Shown here: positions 48,226 to 60,158 of the stretch, in pieces
How positions within the stretch are numbered: position 1 is the stretch's first letter
Layout of the letters: every line of letters starts with the position of its first letter
Assembly (NCBI GenBank): GCA_958009085.1
Contig: OY253673.1
Span: 1,240,001-1,304,000, forward strand
Direction: 5' to 3'
Length of the DNA stretch: 64,000 bases
Source: Protoeuglena noctilucae
Lineage: Eukaryota
Position numbers and translations under genes: made by a program
The notes under the pieces: generated by a model
The model's input: the letters and a program-made list of their open reading frames with translations, nothing else
Database searches by the model: none
What the model was told of the DNA's origin: nothing

Positions 48226-51200
48226 ATGCCCGGGGGGTGCCTTGGGCATGAACTGCTGATTTTGGCCGGCCGGGGGCGTGAGGCGCCTCTCCCTGGATCC
48301 CCGTTCCATCTTTATTGGCACGCAGGGGTCCTGGACGCTTCCAGCAGCCCGAGAATGCCCTCAAGAGGGCGGACGAGCTGGTTGCAGTGGGCCAACCCCA
48401 GGCGGCTCTGGAGACCCTGCACGAGGTGGTCACCTCCAGGCGCTTCCGGGTATGGCAACAGTCCTACCAGAAGATCATGATGCGGCACGTGGACCTGTGC
48501 GTCGAGCTGAAGAAAGGCGAGGCGCAGGGCGCTCCCAACCCGTCGGCTGCCCGCCATCCCGCGCCGCTGGGGGCATCTCTTGCCGGTTCCGTCTGCTGAC
48601 GCGGCTCTTTCCATCTCAAACCGCGATCCGGCCGGATTGCGTGCGTGCCCGCTGCTGCCCCGCGCCCGGGAGGCCCTGCAGGACGGCCGTGGCCGTCTCT
48701 GGCCCCGGGCCGACGCCTCGCGATCCCGCCGCGGCCTTGCAGGGCGCAGGGCGAAGGAGGGACTCATGAGCTACCGGAACTCGTGTCAAAACGAGAACGT
48801 CAAGTCCCTGGAGGAGGTCATAAAGCACCTGCTCGATGAGTCGTCCCGCCGCGCGGAGGAGGCGCAGGCTACGGTCCAGGTGGGGCCACGGGACGGTGCA
48901 CCCGAGGAGCAACCTGGAGCTCGGCCCGCGCGCGGGCCTTACCCTCCCCGGGTCGCGGCCGGGGCGGTGGGGGCGATGACGATTCAGTGCATCACCAAAT
49001 TCTGAAGCCGACGCCTGATCCGCTGAGGCCCCGATGACATCACAACACCAAAACGACTTCTTCTTCCACCGAGCCCACCACCGCCCCGCCTGGTCCCCCG
49101 TGCTCCCGCTGCGCCCAGCACCTTGCTGCGCCCGTCGCACCCACCCGCCCTCGCCCACTATGCCGCAGGCCTCGCTCGAGTCGATCGACGACCTCGACGT
49201 GGACGCGACGCCCGAGGACATCATGTTGTCGTACGTCACCCAGGAGGAGAGCAAGGACCGCACGGACCGTGAGCTCGTGGCCCCCTGGTTCAAGTTCCTC
49301 TGGGAGTCGTACCGGTCCATGCTCGAAATCCTCCGCAACAACGCCAAGCTCGAGGCGCTCTACGCCATGGTCGCCACCCGCGCCCTGCGCTTCTGCCTCC
49401 AGTACCAGCGCTCCACGGAGTTCCGCCGGCTCTGCGACATCCTCCGGTGCGTGGCCAGCCCGGGCGCTCGCGCCTGCCGACGCAACCTGCCTGTTTCCAC
49501 TTCACGCGGCCTCGCCGGGCCGGCCTCGCCTGGGTTCGCTGCCGGCGTCGCCGCTGATGTGATCGGCTTGCGACCAGGGGTGCCACGTGACGGTGACCCG
49601 CCCTCCACCCGGCTCTGTCCCCGCAGCAACCACCTGAAGAACCTCGACCTGCCCCAGCGCCGCAACATGCGCCAGGAGATGCCCGACCTGACCAAGCCCG
49701 ACACGTCGCGCCGCTACCTCGAGACGCGGTTCGAGCAGTTGCGCGTGGCGGCCGAGCTCGGCATGTGGCAGGAGGCCTTCCGTTCCATCGAGGACATCTT
49801 CAACCTCATCGCCATCTCCCAGAAGTCGGGCGGCAAGGTCCCCACCCCCGCCCTCATGGCCACGTACTATCTGCGCATGACGCAGATCTTCCGCATGTCC
49901 GGCTCCATGCTCTACCTCGGCTTCGCCTGGTTCAAGCTCTACGTCCTCTTCAACATGCACCTCAAGACCCTCGCCCAGGAGGAGCTCTCGACCATGGTGC
50001 GCCTGCCTGGGGTTTCACCACGAGAGCAAGCCTATGCGTGGCTGCGGGGCTCACACGCACGCGTGCCGCGGATAGCCGACGCGTAGGGCGGGCGCGCAGG
50101 CGACCCCGTTTACGTCAAATACAGACCCCCGCGTTCGCCCGCAGTCATCCGCGGTGGTCCTGGCCGCCATCTCCATCCTGCCGTTCGACCGTCAGCTCGA
50201 GACGCGTGCCACGGACCCCCAGCTGGACCAGGACCGCATGGTGCGCATGGCCAACCTCCTCGGTGTGCCGCACGAGAAGCACGACGTCGCCAAGGCCCTC
50301 AGCCGGGAAGCCCTGGTGAGCACGCGCGGCTGGGGTGGGCACGCCACAGCTTGGCGACTCTCGGGGTGCTCTGCAAGGGCCAACGCAGGGGCTGCAGCGG
50401 CATGGAATGTGTACATGCGCACGGTCTCGCTTGTCCCCCAACGTCTCGCCCGTTTCTCAGTCACTCTGATGACTTGATGATGACTGACAGTCACCCTGTC
50501 CACCGTGTCGCCTTTGGTCGCAGATGCGCGAGATTCGCGCCAAGGGGCTCCTCCAGGTGGTGCCCAAGGAGGTGAAGGAGATCTTCGACCTCATCGAGGG
50601 CACGTTCGACCCCCTGGGCAAGTGCAAGGTGAGATGTGGAACAAGGTCACATGGCAGTGGGAAGCACACGAGGGGCCTCTCAATGACGATGCTTATCGTT
50701 CCTTTGGCTGTCTGAATGGGTCCCGCTAGGCCCGCAACGAGTGGACAACCGCGATCGCTAGATAGTAACCGAGAGATGCCCCCCGGATTGCGTCCCGTGT
50801 TCGCATGTACGCTTCCATGCGCATGTGCCCGATGACACCCTTCTGGGTCACTTCGGCGCCCGCAGAGGCTCGCGCCGCTTCTGGACAAGCTCGAGTCGCT
50901 GGACCGCCCCATGGACCTGGGCCACAAGATGCAGGTCGACGGGGCAGCACTCGCCAACTTCCGCAAGCCGCTGATGGAGACGGCCGTGCTCAGCACCCTC
51001 CTGCAGCTCAAGCAGGTCTACTCCTCCATGCGCATCGAGGCCTTCAAGGAGCTCGTGCCCTTCATGTCCTTCCGGTGAGACCGGGAGGAGCGAGGCGGGG
51101 GTGTGCGGGCGCGATGGGGTGCGTGGTGCGTGCGACATCCCGGCGTGAAAGGCACAAACCAAGCCCCGTCTCCTGCCTTTGCAGGGAGGTGGAACACGTG

Positions 51201-52952
51201 ATCGTGGACGCGCACCGCTGCGGCTACATCCAGTGCCGCATCGACCACAAGGAGGGCATCGTGACGTTCGGCCCGGCCGTGCACACGGTGGAGGAGGTGG
51301 CGGGCGTCATGTCCGGCCTGGCCGAGCACCTCCACAAGGCGCTGCTGATGGCGGGCGTGGTGCCGGACCAGGCGCGGCTCGAGGCGCACCGGGACGACGC
51401 CGTGGCGCGCTACGTCAAGGCGGCCGCGGAGCTGAACCACGCGGCGGGCGTGCGCAAGCGCGAGATGGACCGACGCAAGGAAGCCCAGGAGCTGGCGCTG
51501 GCGCAGCAGATGCGGCAGGAGCGGGAGGCGCGGGAGATGGAGCGCATGGAGCGCGAGCGGGAGGAGATGCGGCGCCAGGAGGAGGAGCGGCTGAGGCGCG
51601 AGCGCGAGCGGCTGCTGGCAGAGCAGGAGGCGCGCGAGCAGGAGGAGGCCCGGCAGCTGGCGCTGCAGCGGGGCCGGACGGTGGCGCTGGGGGAGAAGCT
51701 GGACAAGAACGAGCTGCTCCGCGAGGAGATGGAGGAGCGGATGGAGAAACACAAGCGCCTGCTCGAGAAGCTGCACAAGCTGGAGAGGACCATGGACCAC
51801 GTCGAGAGGGCGCGCCGGGAGGTGGAGGCGCCCAAGATCGAGGCCTTCTACGCGGCGAGGCGCGAGGAGGACAAGGTCTTTTTCGAGGAGGACCAGCGCA
51901 AGTTCCTCGAGGCGCACCGCGCCGCGTGGGAGCGCGACCTGACGGAGAAGGAGCGGCTGGCGCGGGCCGTGGGGCCCGCCGAGGCCTTCCGCGCCGACGT
52001 GATGGCGGCGCGCGAGGCCGAGTTCGAGGAGCTGCAGGCCGAGCGGGAGGAGAGGGTAGCGGAGGAGCGGGCGCGGCGCCGCGAGGAGGTGCTGCTCGCG
52101 CGGAAGAAGGCCTACGTGCAGCGGCTGCGGCGCGAGGAGGAGGAGCGGGTGCAGAAGGAGGAGGAGGAGGCCAGGAGGAGGCACGAGGAGGAGCTGCGGG
52201 CGCGCGGCGTGGGAGGAGCTGCGGCGCCCGCCACGGGGCCCGGGGCCGAGTGGCAGCAGGTCGGCGCGCGGCCCGCCGACGGGGCCGCGGCGGCCGGCAA
52301 GTTCGTCCCGTCCCGCCGCACGGCGGCTGCTCCGCCCATGGGAGGCGACCGCCCGGACGGTGAGGGCGCGGCAAGCGGTGGCTGCCTTGGGGGCTGGGAA
52401 CTGGCTTGGACTGTGGGTGCATCGGTCCCGTGTGTCTGCGCGGAGCTCCGTCCTTTGGCGCTCGTGCGACGCGTGTGCACCTCTCTGCATTGCCACGCAG
52501 GCGACGACTGGCGGCGGAGGCCCATGGACGACCCCCGGGCGCGGACGGGGCCCACCGAGGAGCGGCCGAGGCTCAACCTGGTCCCGCGGACCGTGGAGCG
52601 CCCCGCAGAGGACGCCGCGCGGGCTCCTGGGGCGGCGCGGGGCACGGGGGAGGCGGCGCCTGCGGGGGGCCCGGTGTCGGTCCCTGTGGGTTCGGGCGCA
52701 CCCAAGTTCGTGCCGCCCGTCATGCGTGGGGCCGGGTCCGGCGCGCCGGCGACCACCGAGGGCCCGCCGCGCCTGGCGTTTGTCCCGCCTGGCCGTCGCG
52801 AGGGGGCAGCTCCGGCCCCGGGTCCGGCCGCCGCGGGGCCCAAGCCCGCGGATGGGCCGAAGACCGAGCCCGCGCGCCCGGCGCCGGCAGCCGGTGCGCC
52901 TGCCTCTGGCCCTAGCAAATTCGTCCCCCCCCACCTGCGCAACAAGCAGTAG
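48226..52952 (+). CDS. EIF3A: Eukaryotic translation initiation factor 3 subunit A
   Basis: [66 protein letters not shown], a PCI domain, a long coiled coil and [12 protein letters not shown]. About 11 exons. Confidence 0.97.
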
Positions 52953-53421
52953 TCCCTGCCAAGGCTGTCACCCGACCGTGCTCCAGCTTGTGGGGCCGCG
53001 GCATCCACAAGAGTTGAAGGTGGTCACCCTCGCATCCACGCTCCCAGCGCAATGGCGGAGAGCGGGCTTTCTCTGAAACGCCAGAACGTGGCCACTCCCG
53101 TTAACGTGCGCGATGTGTTTCGCGCAGCAGATGTAGGCGGCATCCGCGCCGTCGTCTCAGGATCGTGGCTTTTGCGCCCCGTCCGTCGGATTTCTCACGC
53201 GCCCGTCGACGTCGAGGCCCCCGGCTGCTTCGCACAGCGCTGACGCGCATATTCTTTTCCGCCGTTCCCATCTTTAGAGGCCCCGCGTGTCCCGGGGGCG
53301 CGTAGGGCTGGGAGCTGGCCTGTGCGATCTCGATCGCCGCGCGCGGTGCGCCGTCTTCAGTTCTGACGGTCCTGAGGGTGTCTTCGCGGCCACCGACCCG
53401 GGGCCCGGGCGCGTCCTCCCG

Positions 53422-56400
53422 ATGCCGCCAAAGCAGGGCCCCTGCTCGCACTGCGGCGCGACCTCAACGCCCCTGTGGAGGAAAGGCCCGCCCGACCGCC
53501 CCGTGCTCTGCAATGCGTGTGGGACGCGATGGAAAGTGAAGGTGAGCCCCCGCGCTTGGACGAGGAGCGCGGCGAGGGGACATTTTGCGGTGCCTGCGCC
53601 CATCAGATTGTGTAGAGCGCGCGGCAGGTCGCTTGGGGCCGAGATCGCCGCTGCTGTGCCGATAACTGCAGGGCACGCTGGAAGGCTACGTGCCGGGCCA
53701 GCCCGTGCAGCGCGGGGGGAAGCCCGCAGTGCGGCCGAAGACGGGGCCCCGGTACGTCAAATACGTTTTCGTGGAGGACTACGTGCCGCCGGAGGAGAAG
53801 GAGGAGGAGGTCACGGGGCGAAGGGAGCGGAAGAAGCCCCGGGTGCGGCTCGCGGGTCGCGGTGTCGGCCTGCATCGGCGGGAAGGCTTTAGGGCGACGG
53901 TGCAAGGGCGCGATCCCGCGGCTGCCCGCAGTGGATGGTGGAGATGGAGGACGATAAGGGTCTACAGAACGCCATCATGGAGGAAAGCAAGCGGAAGGCG
54001 GGCCGTCGGACCACGGACGACTGGCCCTCTGAGGGTCGTGAGGGCCGCACGCACCACAGCTCTCGCTCCGCAGAAGGCCCGCCCGAGTCATCCGACCACC
54101 CCGGGAGCAGCGCGGGCCACGCGCACGTGCCTCCTGGTTTCAGGCCCCCGCCATTGTCAGGGAGGGAGGCGGTCGCTGCGAGGTGCGCCCCTCCGCCGGT
54201 CCCTGCCTATGCATGCCATTGCGTCGCCGGCGCCCCGTGCTCATCTCATCCCCCGCTCCTGCCCCAGGTGGGACTTCCTCTCTCGCGAGGCGTCCTATCC
54301 CGACCTGGGCGTGGCAGTGTCGCACATGGGTGGGAGCAACCACGGGGGAGCTGCAGGCCCCCTGCATGTCTTGGCGCACGGGGCGAGCCAGAACGCCTCC
54401 GCGCCCTTGCCGCACCACCCCGCGCCGCTCGTGGGGCGGCACGCCGAAGCTGTCCTGGCGCGGGCGGACCCAGCCTACGGTCACGCGCCCGCCGCCCAGC
54501 GTCTGTCGGACGGTGCGGCCGGGGCAGAAGGGACGGAGGGAGCCGGTGAGGGCGCCGCTTGTCGGAGTTGCGCGCCGGGTGGGGCCGCGACCGGCGCGGG
54601 GAGAACCCTCTTTGCCACCCTGCCATGTGCCGCAGTCCGGACGGGGCTCGCGGGCCCACCACCGCGCGTGCCGAGTGCAGTGGGGGAGCGAGGCGGCACC
54701 GCGCTGCGGTTGCGACCGGAGGCCTTATCCCAGAGTTACCAGGACTTCTTCAAGGCGTTTGGCGCAGAGGTGTGGGGGCGCGTGGTGCGGTATAGGCGTC
54801 CGCTGCAGCCAGGGATGTGCCAGGTCACTTAATCTGCCTCGCATCCCGCCTTGCGTAAGCAGGACGTGGACGCGGTGCGTGAGATGCTACAGCAGGCGGA
54901 GGCGGGGGGCGAGGTGTCTGCGATGCTGCGTGGGAGTATGCTGGCCGAAGCATCCAGCAGGGATGGGGCAGGGGCAACGCGCGGGGACGTGCCGGCTGCG
55001 TGGGGCCACGCCGCGTGGGGCCATGCGGGGCGCATGGGGAGCCACAACAGGCGAGGGGCGTGCCGTGATGCTTGGGACATGAACAAATGCGGCTGCCATG
55101 GTGACACCGCATTGTGGCGGGGCGATGCACAGCGAATATGCGAATATCCTCTCCGTTCCCTGCCCCGCAGCCTAACTCAGTTCTTCAGTTCCCCGAGCCT
55201 GGCCCCCCACGGCGCCCCGGTGGGTCAGGCCAACGTCTGGGGCAGCGCGCACGCGAGCCCCGTGCTCATGACAGACGACGGCTACCAGGGGTACGGGGGC
55301 GCGTACGGCGTTGGGGGTCCACCTGCGGGGGCGAACGGGGCCGGGTGCGTGGCTCGGGCAGCCATGCAGCGCCAGCACTTGGCCGGGCATGTGCACATGC
55401 ACGGTCGGTGCGTTGTTGCGACATGCGTGTCGCGTCTTCTCCCGCAGACCCGCCGCGCCGTTCGGCCCGCCTCTGCCGTGGTCCGGGTCCCGTGAGCAGC
55501 TGAACCGCGTCCCCAGCCACCCTTCCATGTTTGCCTACGCCAGCATTCCGAGGCTGGGATCGACCACCTCTCTCCTAGGCGGCCTGCACGTGCGGCAACG
55601 CTTGCAATGGGTTGCACATCGCACGTCACATCGCCAGGGCTGCGGACTTGTAGCAGTCACTGGCGCACTCGCTGCCTCCCTGCCTCACATGCTGTTACTG
55701 CTCACCATGCCTCGCTCCCCGCGCCTTGCTTTTGCAAAGTGCGTGTTCAGTGTCGTAGCGTGACTAAGCTTGGCGCTGCCTCGCCCGCAGAACGGCCGCC
55801 ATTCCCCGTCTCTTCTACGGAACATATCCTTCGACGGCTTGCCACCCGGCATCGCCCGGCCTGGGAGCAAGCTGGCCAACGCAGAGAGGGGCGGGGGCAG
55901 TGGGGGCCCCGGGAGTGGCCAGGTGGGTGTGGAGTGGCTCAATGACTTATTGGGATTTGCAGCGATGCAGATGTGGTGCTAAGCGAGGGTGCCGTTAGCA
56001 TGGGGCACGGGTGGGCAGTTGTGGTGGGGGGTGTGCATAGCGATACATTTTCGACATGTGCGGCTGATGCGCTCGCGTGCGTCTTGATCTCGCAGAAGGA
56101 TGCACGAGGGGCGGATGACAACGTGGACGACGCGGATGATTTGGAGGAGTCGGGTGAGGACGGGGATGGGGCTCGTGACGATGGTGTGTTGGGGGGCTGT
56201 GGGTTGCCATCTGTGCTCCAGCTATGGGCCATCTGTGATTTCAGGTCTCAAAAGGGGTGATAGAAGAGGTGACTTAAATGTATGAGGATGCAATGCTTTC
56301 TGTTGCACCGATGACACGGTGCCCGCCCCCATCACATGCAGGTGTCGACGCGTTGCGCGCACTCAAGGCGAGCAACCCGGACCTGATGGGCCTAGCTGCC

Positions 56401-56508
56401 AAGATGGCCAAAGTCAACTCGCTGACCAATCTGGCCCAACTGGGGCAGCCGGGCGTGCAGCCACACGGGCAGGGGAACGGTGTGGAACACGGGGCGGAGC
56501 ACGAGTAA
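53422..56508 (+). CDS. GATA zinc-finger transcription factor (plant GATA26/27-like N-terminus)
   Basis: [48 protein letters not shown] (CX2CX18CX2C). Downstream low-complexity exons are approximate. Confidence 0.85.
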
Positions 56509-56670
56509 CCAACCTCCTCGCCTTCGTGTTTCCTTTGATTTTGTGCCACCACACCGCGCCACCACAACACTTCTCCGCGCACACCCTGCCCTCGTGAATT
56601 CGATTTTACGCGACGCGCCCGCCTACCGATAACGCGCTACGTGCTATGCCGAGGCGTGCGACGTGCGGGA

Positions 56671-56726
56671 CAAATGCCATTGTCAAATGCCATTGTCAAA
56701 TGCCATTGACAAATGCCATTGTCAAA
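56671..56726. repeat. 13-bp tandem repeat CAAATGCCATTGT, about 4.3 copies
   Basis: Directly visible, with one variant copy (ATTGA). It lies between the convergent GATA and MATE 3' ends. Confidence 0.95.
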
Positions 56727-56822
56727 GGAGCACACGCATCGGGAGGCAGCGGTGGTGTTAGTCAGGGTACATAGCAAAAGAGGCTGCCAGTCCGCTACGA
56801 TCGCCACCCGCGTGTCGCCATC

Positions 56823-59800
56823 CTACCCGGGTGACGGTGCCCGTGGCGGCTTGCGATGGGGCACTCCCCGCCGATCGCTGGACGCCCTCCCCGGTCCCGC
56901 GGGGAACCCCCGCGCCGCGCGCCCGTCCCCTGCACCCCCCCGTGTGTGCTGGGACCCCAACAGGGGCCCTGCCTCCACATCCGACGTGCGCCCCTGCCCG
57001 GACGCGAACCCCGGGGTTTCTGGCGATGCGGCCCGCCGGTCGGACCCCGACTCCCACTGGCCGCTCCTCCTGGCGAGCTCCGACCACACGGTGCCTGTGC
57101 CGGACCCATCGGACCGGGTCACCTGCGTGGTAAGGCACAGGTCACGGGGATGGCGGGGCGCGCATGGCTGGGTGCACATGGCAGGTGGCTACGTAGATAT
57201 CGTTGTTGCCAGTCAGCTCCATGGATCAAGAGTCGCTAGATCGATCATTGGCATGTCGCATGTGTCGCTGGTTCCTCACCTCAGTGCCGGAGACGTCTTC
57301 GGTGGCGCCGGGCTTGCGAAGGACGGACACCGATCCGGCGCGCACGAGCTCGATGGATCGCAGGGCCTCGCGGTCCCAATCAATGACGGAGAAGATGATG
57401 AGATAGGCCGGGATGGCCTGCGAGCAGGGGGGATGCCACGACAGCAGTGAGCCAGTATGTTGTGCAGTGAGCCAGCGTAGAGCACTGGGCCAGCGAGCGC
57501 GGTGACGAGGATGCGAAACCGGCAGACGTCGGCAGTTGTCGCAATGAGCAGCGTGCGGCACGCTCGTAAAGCTCAGCCACCCCAGCCCAAGCAGCTCGTC
57601 ACCAGGTTGGAAGCCACCGCCAGGCCGACCCAGACCCCCGTGGGGCCCAGGCTCGTGTGGAAAGCGGCGAGGTAGGCTAAAGGAATGCCCACGCAGTAGT
57701 AGCAGATGAAGGAGGAGACGGCTCCAAGGCCGGCGCGACGGACGGCGCGTAGCAGGCCGGAGAGCGCGGACTGCCATGCGTCGCCAAAGCACGTGGCGGC
57801 GACCACCAGCAGCATGCGAGAAGTGACGGAGACGACCTCGGGATCCAGGGTGAAGACTGCGGGCACACGGGACCATGCGGGGTGGGACGAGGATCGATAG
57901 TGGCTCAGGCAGGGGGCAGGGTCTGCAGTGAACCAATGCGAACGCGGTATGTGTGTGCAGGCGAGCTGAGCAGGGCCGGTGTCTGCGACCAGTTGTATCG
58001 GACGACAGGATGGCTATGCAGGCTGTGTCTGTGCCACTGCGGCGCCCCCATCGCATGCACATGCGTCGCCCCTGCCACCGCCACTGCCACTCACGGCGCG
58101 GGATGCGGATGTGGAGGGCGAGCATGCACGACACGAGGCACGCCGCTGACGCGATCATCATGGCCGTGGAGATGGCGGCGGCCCTGCGCGCCATGCGTGG
58201 CCGGCGAGCCCCGAGCTCGTTGGTCACTCTCGTGGACAGGGCAGCCGAGAAGCCCAAACCGGGCATGAAGACCATGACGTCGACTTGGAAGGCGATGCCG
58301 ACGGCTGAGATGGCCACGTCGGGGTTGGGCTGCGGGGGAGTGGGGCAGTTGGGTTGTCGGGTGTAACACACCAGGCAGACGGGAGGTGGGGGCAGTGGGG
58401 CAGTGGGGTCATCGGGATGTAACACACCAGGCAGACAGGCGGTGGGGGCCACAGGGGTGAGGGAGGGCAGCACCTCAGTGGAAGATTGCGATGCATGCCT
58501 CATTCGCCATTCCTCTATCGCGCTCACCAGGAGCCCCGACATGATGATGAGGATCTCGAAAGTCCACCACTCGAAGCACAGCATGGCGATGGCGGGCAGG
58601 GCGATGGACATGTACATGCCCCAGCCCCTGGGAAGGTGGGGACGGCACATGTTGTCGCGATGTCACGCCACCAGTCGTACCGATCGCTCTGTCCGCAGTG
58701 TTACCCAAGCGCAGCCCTGGCAGCCGTGGCAGCTCACCGGAATGCCTCGAGGGAGAATCCCGGCCAGCAACGCTTGTGGGGGCCGTCGATGAAGGCGATG
58801 AAGGCGAGGTGAACGAGCGCGTTGACCCACTGCCCTGCCGCGGTGGCCAGGGCACCGCCGATGAGGCCCAGCCCCGCGCGGAATACGAGGAGCCACAGGA
58901 AGAGCGGCGTGAGCGCCGTGGACAGGACGGCGGCGGCGTTGGGCACGTGGACTTGCCCTTGTGCCACCAGGAAACGGCGCAAGCACTCCGTGAGGCCGCT
59001 GCCCACCAGGGCCGGGGCTAAGCCGAGGAGGTACTGGCCCGCGAGCGCCGAGATCTCCGGGTCCTGGCCCATCAGACGCAGGATGCGCGGGGCCTGCGTG
59101 AAGCCCGCGATGAGCGGGAGGGAGGCCAGGCCGCAGATGACGAGCGAGCGCTGGAGGTAGACGCCAACCATGGAGTACTGCCGCGCCCCGTAGGCCTGCC
59201 CGCACAGCGTCTCGAGGGCCTGCGACAGACCTATCATCAAGGAGAGGCCGCTGACGTTGAAGATCGAGTTCCCGAGAACAGCTGCGGGCGGGGCACGGCG
59301 CGGGAGACGTGCGGGCGCGTGTGAAGCGGCGCGGGAGGTCTGGGGGCGCATTGGCGCCGCAAAGAGATGACGAAGACAGCGACAGGGCATCGAGGTCGCG
59401 CGGACCGCAGGCCGGTCGGCCGGGCGCGCTGGGGAGCCGCACCTGCGGAAAGCTGCTGGGACCCGAGATGGCCGATGAAGGCGACGGCCAGGATGCCCGA
59501 GACGTACGTCAGCACGTTCTGAGATATCAGCGGCAAGGCCAGCTTGGCAATGCGCTTGACCTCCTGCACGGGGCGAGGAAGAGCGAGTGGCGTTCGTGCC
59601 CCCTGCACCTCCGCGACGCTGAGCGACGGCAGCGCGGCCGTCCGATAGAATTCGAACGTTTGTTGCTGCTGCCGGGACACGGACCGCGCGCAGCCCACAC
59701 CTCGCGCCAGGAGTCCGCGAGCTCCGGACTCAGCACGGCAGGCGCGTCCCCGTCTAATGGGTCGAAGAGGAGGCCTGCCTTGTCGCCCTCATACTCCAGA

Positions 59801-59943
59801 TCTGGCGTGAATCCCGCGACGATCCCGAGCGGGGGCTCCCCTGCCACCGCTCCCGCAGATTCCCGGTGCGGGGGCGCTGCGCCGGGAGGCCCCGCGGGAG
59901 CCCGCGGCGGCCCGTGTCCGCCTTCAGCTCCCGCTCCCCCCAT
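56823..59943 (-). CDS. MATE/DTX family efflux transporter
   Basis: EVKRIAKLALP, AFIGHLG, GLSQALETLCGQAYGA, RRFLVAQG, CFEWWTFE, ALSTRVTNELGA and LSGLLRA..YYCVGIP. About 8 exons. Confidence 0.95.
58342..58448. repeat. Intronic direct duplication (about 56-nt period) in the MATE gene
   Basis: Two copies of ggggcagt-ggg..tcggg(a)tgtaacacaccaggcagac..ggtggggg. Confidence 0.8.
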
Positions 59944-60158
59944 CTTGCTTTCGTCTAGTTAGTGGCCCTGGGGAGCATGAAATGCGGCAGGCAGCGCAGG
60001 CGGCGCAACAGTTGGGGAAGGAAACTCTTCATGCAGTGAGGAGCGTGCAGGGCCACGCCGCGCAAAAAGAGTAGAGCTAACTAACGTGCGCGGACTATGT
60101 CTGGTTTCTCGCCAGTGGGGAGAGGATTGCAAAGAAAGGCCAGTTCACCCCAAAAACC

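Noticed and set aside
51018..52934. Long antisense and alternative-frame ORFs over eIF3a (likewise 12789-14291, 37248-38843, 1098-2051)
   Set aside because: These are shadow ORFs expected from extreme GC3 bias, with low-complexity translations and no motifs.
56671..56726. CRISPR-like or telomeric array
   Set aside because: The units are contiguous with no spacers, no cas genes are present, and it is not a telomere motif.
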